Below, one piece after another: positions 6,830 through 9,386 of a stretch of DNA of 9,386 nucleotides. The notes under the pieces are model-generated. The model had not been told where the DNA came from. It was given only the letters and a program-made list of their open reading frames with translations, and ran no database searches. The DNA is from Leidyana gryllorum EB-2025a (lineage: Eukaryota > Protista > Apicomplexa). The stretch's first letter is position 1. Every line of letters starts with the position of its first letter. A program made the position numbers and the translations under genes. Location of the stretch: contig JBLWGC010000193.1 of assembly GCA_048772705.1 (NCBI GenBank), positions 1-9,386 on the forward strand, read 5' to 3'.

Positions 6830-6901
6830 GGCTGTTTGGTCTAGTGGTATGATTCTTCCTTCGGGTGGAAGAAGTCTTGGGTTCGATTCCCAGAACAGCC
6901 C
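6830..6901 (+). tRNA. tRNA-Pro(CGG)
   Basis: CTTCC-TTCGGGT-GGAAG; intact cloverleaf. Confidence 0.92.
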
Positions 6902-6982
6902 CGTTGGTTGTCGGTTGACCCGACGCTTCACCTCATCTTAAGATGGTACGGCTCTCATCCGAAGCCTCAACTCGGGAACTCG

Positions 6983-7055
6983 TCCACTGTAGTCTAAGTG
7001 GCTAGGATATGCGGCTCTCACCCGCACGATCCGGGTTCAAGTCCCGGCAGTGGAA
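6983..7055 (+). tRNA. tRNA-Glu(CTC)
   Basis: Intact; TGCGG-CTCTCAC-CCGCA. Confidence 0.95.
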
Positions 7056-7115
7056 ATCCAGCTGAGTGTGCTTGTAAGCAACGGTTCCATTCCTACTCCC
7101 AGAGACATTGATTTG

Positions 7116-7188
7116 CACCGTCCGCGGGGCTCGAACCCGCGACTGCAAGATTAAAAGTCTTGCGCTCTACCGACTGAGCTAGGGCGGC
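7116..7188 (-). tRNA. tRNA-Lys(TTT), one acceptor mismatch
   Basis: Differs from 5658-5730 only at position 34 and one acceptor base. Confidence 0.85.
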
Positions 7189-7291
7189 AAGGAAGCTCTA
7201 AACTTAGTTACACCCTATTTGCCGTTGGGTGGACAGTGGAAGTCAATTCATGTCTCCGTGTGTATATCCCGTCGCATGCACCCAAATATTC

Positions 7292-7363
7292 GGCTGTTTG
7301 GTCTAGTGATATGATCCTTCCTTTGGGTGGAAGAAGTCCTGGGTTCGATTCCCAGAACAGCCC
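7292..7363 (+). tRNA. tRNA-Pro(TGG), D-loop variant
   Basis: Inverted copy of 5483-5554; loop TT-TGG-GT. Confidence 0.8.
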
Positions 7364-7552
7364 GTCTGGTACTTGTTGACTCAAAACGCCAGTCTATCCA
7401 AGGTCGGATGAGATATGCTGCTCCCGACAGCTAAGACAACATTTGAGTTAAATATGCATGGAATCTTCGCCGGATTAACTCCAGTTGGCCCATCAACGCT
7501 TTTTGCCAAAGTCCATCAGGTTGAGTAGTAGTTTGCACAGCACCTCTCTACT

Positions 7553-7631
7553 TCCGGTGGGACGGAATCGACCCGCCGACTATCTGATGCCAGTACTACA
7601 GTCAGATTCTCCACCAACTGAGCTACCCCGG
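7553..7631 (-). pseudogene. tRNA-Tyr(GTA) with 7-nt intron-like insert, degenerate
   Basis: Inverted copy of 5215-5294; TCTGA-CTGTAG-[TACTGGC]-A-TCAGA. Confidence 0.75.
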
Positions 7632-7791
7632 CTGTCCAACTGTGACGAGGTTCGCAGGCGCAACCTCAGAACCTCAAAAGTGACACTTCAAGCTCTCAAG
7701 TACGGCACAGATTACGGGCGTGTTGGGTGTGTTCATTTGAGAAAGTGCTAGTCCGGATAATTCTACCGACTCTTCTGGGATGGGCTGAAGC

Positions 7792-7851
7792 GGTTGCGTG
7801 GTGTAGTGGTTAGCACTGGAGACTCTGAATCTCCCGACCTGGGTTCGATTC
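7792..7851 (+). pseudogene. tRNA-Gln(CTG), 3'-truncated
   Basis: Inverted copy of 4995-5054 with the same truncation. Confidence 0.85.
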
Positions 7852-7906
7852 GGTCCTCACTACTCCCTGAATTTTCGCCATCTCTTGGGCTGCGGGGACC
7901 ATTCGT

Positions 7907-7979
7907 GCCGCCACGGTCTAGTGGTAACGACGTCTGCTTTACACGCAGAAGGTCCCGAGTTCAATCATCGGTGGCTGTA
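7907..7979 (+). pseudogene. tRNA-Val(TAC), degenerate
   Basis: Inverted copy of 4867-4939 sharing U8C and C61A; loop TT-TAC-AC. Confidence 0.8.
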
Positions 7980-8135
7980 GCTCGCAACTTTCAGCGAGAA
8001 CCAAAGGAAACAGTCCTAAGCGGAATCGACCGTGCTTCGGAACGGGCATCGGGCGCGGGTCTTCAACCCCAAAAGCCTTCCTTCTCGACACTTCACGAAA
8101 AGAAAACGTGTCAAGTGGCGAGCCAAGAACACTCC

Positions 8136-8215
8136 GGCAAGATGGCCGAGTGGTCTAAGGCGCTGTGTTAAGGCCGCAGTCCGAAAGGGCGTGGGTTCGA
8201 ATCCCACTCTTGTCA
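8136..8215 (+). tRNA. tRNA-Leu(AAG)
   Basis: Intact 80-nt class II cloverleaf. Confidence 0.94.
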
Positions 8216-8275
8216 GCCGTTGTATCGGCACTCGGTCAGCCACTGGATGCAAAAGGTTTTCCATGTAGAGCGGAT

Positions 8276-8348
8276 GGGCGGCTAGCTCAGATGGTAAAGC
8301 GCTCGCTTTGCATGCGAGAGGTACTGGGATCGATACCCAGGTCGTCCA
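8276..8348 (+). tRNA. tRNA-Ala(TGC)
   Basis: Differs from 4115-4187 only at one D-stem base and position 34. Confidence 0.88.
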
Positions 8349-8359
8349 AACTCAGTAGG

Positions 8360-8409
8360 GCGACTTTGTGGTAAACAGCTACACGCTTTGCCGACTGAGC
8401 TACAAGACG
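8360..8409 (-). pseudogene. tRNA-Asn 5' fragment
   Basis: GCGACTTTGTGGTAAACAGCTACACGCTTTGCCGACTGAGCTACAAGAC aligns with 3928-3977 inverted. Confidence 0.8.
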
Positions 8410-8420
8410 CAGTTGCAATG

Positions 8421-8463
8421 TTCTTCCAAGCGAGGAAAAATCATACCTGCAGACCAAACAGCC
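8421..8463 (-). pseudogene. tRNA-Pro 5' fragment
   Basis: AATCATACC...AGACCAAACAGCC matches the Pro 5' half. Confidence 0.7.
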
Positions 8464-8535
8464 CCTGGTCGGGCCTCGTGCCGAAGCTTGTCAGCGTCTC
8501 TGTCAATCTGCCACGGCTGTTTGAGGCGTGCCTCC

Positions 8536-8606
8536 TGCGTCTGCCGGGAATCGAACCTGGGTCGTCTCGGTGGCAACGACACATTCTACCACTAGACCAC
8601 AGATGC
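8536..8606 (-). pseudogene. tRNA-Gly(GCC), degenerate
   Basis: Copy of 1210-1280 with mismatches in the acceptor, anticodon and T stems. Confidence 0.8.
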
Positions 8607-8702
8607 ATGACTCGTTGTTGTTCAAGCTCGTGCACAATAACGGCCGTTTTGCTTCAAATGAGAAGACAGCATCGAGTTGAGCGAGTACGACGGGTAGTTT
8701 GT

Positions 8703-8774
8703 GGGTACGTAGCTCAGTGGTAGAGCAGCTGACTGCAGATCAGCAAGTCCGTGGTTCAACTCCGCGCGTGCCCT
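8703..8774 (+). tRNA. tRNA-Cys(GCA)
   Basis: GGGTACG/CGTGCCC acceptor, U73; GCTGA-CTGCAGA-TCAGC. Confidence 0.95.
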
Positions 8775-8855
8775 GAAGATGGTTTGGAACGATCGGAGAT
8801 GTTGGACCTCCATTCCTGACCACAAGGCAATTAGTTTGGAACGGGAGATGGTTTT

Positions 8856-8927
8856 GGGCCTATGGCGCAATGGTAGCGCGTCTGACTCCAGATCAGAAGG
8901 TTGGGTGTTCGAATCACTCTGGGCTCA
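8856..8927 (+). tRNA. tRNA-Trp(CCA)
   Basis: TCTGA-CTCCAGA-TCAGA; acceptor GGGCCTA/TGGGCTC; T5 run at 8941-8945. Confidence 0.95.
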
Positions 8928-8963
8928 ACCGTACTCTATGTTTTTCCCGTTTGGGGCGCAACC

Positions 8964-9043
8964 TGACAAAAGTGGGATTCGAACCCACGACCTTTCGGAC
9001 TCCGGTCTGAGCACAGCGCCTCAGACCACTTGGTCATCTTGCC
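8964..9043 (-). pseudogene. tRNA-Leu(CAG), degenerate
   Basis: Same body as the Leu(AAG) copies; loop CT-CAG-AC; D-stem and anticodon-stem mismatches. Confidence 0.78.
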
Positions 9044-9136
9044 GGGATGTTGTTGGCTCGCCGCTCCACGCGTTTTCTATCCCTGGAATCTCAAGATGGA
9101 AGGACTTTTGGGGTTTCAGGCCGGTGTGTTGGAGCG

Positions 9137-9208
9137 TCCGAGATAGTATAGTGGTTAGTATTTCCGCCTGTCACGCGGAAGACCCGGGTCCGATTCCCGG
9201 TCTCGGAG
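9137..9208 (+). tRNA. tRNA-Asp(GTC), T-loop U55C variant
   Basis: TCCGAGA/TCTCGGA acceptor; TCCGC-CTGTCAC-GCGGA. Confidence 0.82.
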
Positions 9209-9345
9209 CAGTTCCAGCCCTCACAACGGGTGCAACTCAGATTTTGTCTCAGCTGGTCTGGACTTCATTCGGGATTGTACGAGTGGGAGCCGCGTATAGT
9301 AGCCGACCTTGGAGAGACGTGGCCTTGAGTCAACAACTATCAGAC

Positions 9346-9386
9346 GGGCTGTTCTGAGAATCGGACCCAGGACTTCTTCCACCCGA
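9346..9386 (-). pseudogene. tRNA-Pro(CGG) 3' half (cut by window end, T-arm altered)
   Basis: GGGCTGTTCTGAGAATCGGACCCAGGACTTCTTCCACCCGA; flank shared with 5440-5482. Confidence 0.7.

Larger units (their letters stand above)
6828..8410 (-). repeat. Right arm of large inverted duplication
   Basis: Reverse complement of 3928-6021 minus the 306-bp insert; Asp decayed and Asn truncated. Confidence 0.92.
93..9386. other. Dense eukaryotic tRNA gene/pseudogene array
   Basis: About 55 tRNA-derived units on both strands with short spacers; A-box (TRGCNNARYGG-like) and B-box (GGTTCGANNCC) motifs throughout; no encoded CCA. Confidence 0.97.

Noticed and set aside
8015-8055. tRNA-Asp remnant at the expected position of the right arm
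   Set aside because: Only CGGAATCGA and a few bases align, too decayed to annotate.
62-9357. All ORFs in the six-frame track (60-192 aa)
   Set aside because: They overlap tRNA genes on both strands and translate to tRNA-derived pseudo-motifs (GSIP, GIEP, GFEP), with no recognisable protein family.
1-9386. CRISPR array
   Set aside because: The repeats are tRNA bodies and duplicated modules, not constant short repeats with unique equal-length spacers, and no cas genes are present.
1-9386. Bacterial, phage or organellar tRNA array
   Set aside because: No encoded CCA, A34 isoacceptors, eukaryotic iMet T-loop (A54/A60), Tyr intron and mixed strands indicate a eukaryotic nuclear type.

Overview
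This window is a very dense eukaryotic (nuclear-type) tRNA gene array, with roughly 55 tRNA genes, degenerate copies and fragments on both strands. Eukaryotic signs are the lack of encoded 3'-CCA, A34 anticodons (Ser AGA, Ile AAT, Leu AAG, Pro AGG), an intron-containing Tyr and a eukaryotic initiator-Met relic. They cover 19 of 20 amino acids (no His or elongator Met seen). The array is built from shuffled, duplicated multi-tRNA modules, including a large inverted duplication (about 3928-6021 vs 6828-8410). Comparing the two arms reveals a 306-bp TG...CA insertion (4212-4517) with a 5-bp target-site duplication (ATGGA) just upstream of a tRNA-Ala gene. This is a probable solo LTR of a tRNA-gene-targeting (Ty3-like) retroelement. 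Paralogous tRNAs with near-identical bodies and flanks repeatedly differ at wobble position 34, switching isoacceptor. No credible protein-coding gene was found: the ORF track reflects read-through of tRNA sequence. The organism cannot be determined from the sequence alone.
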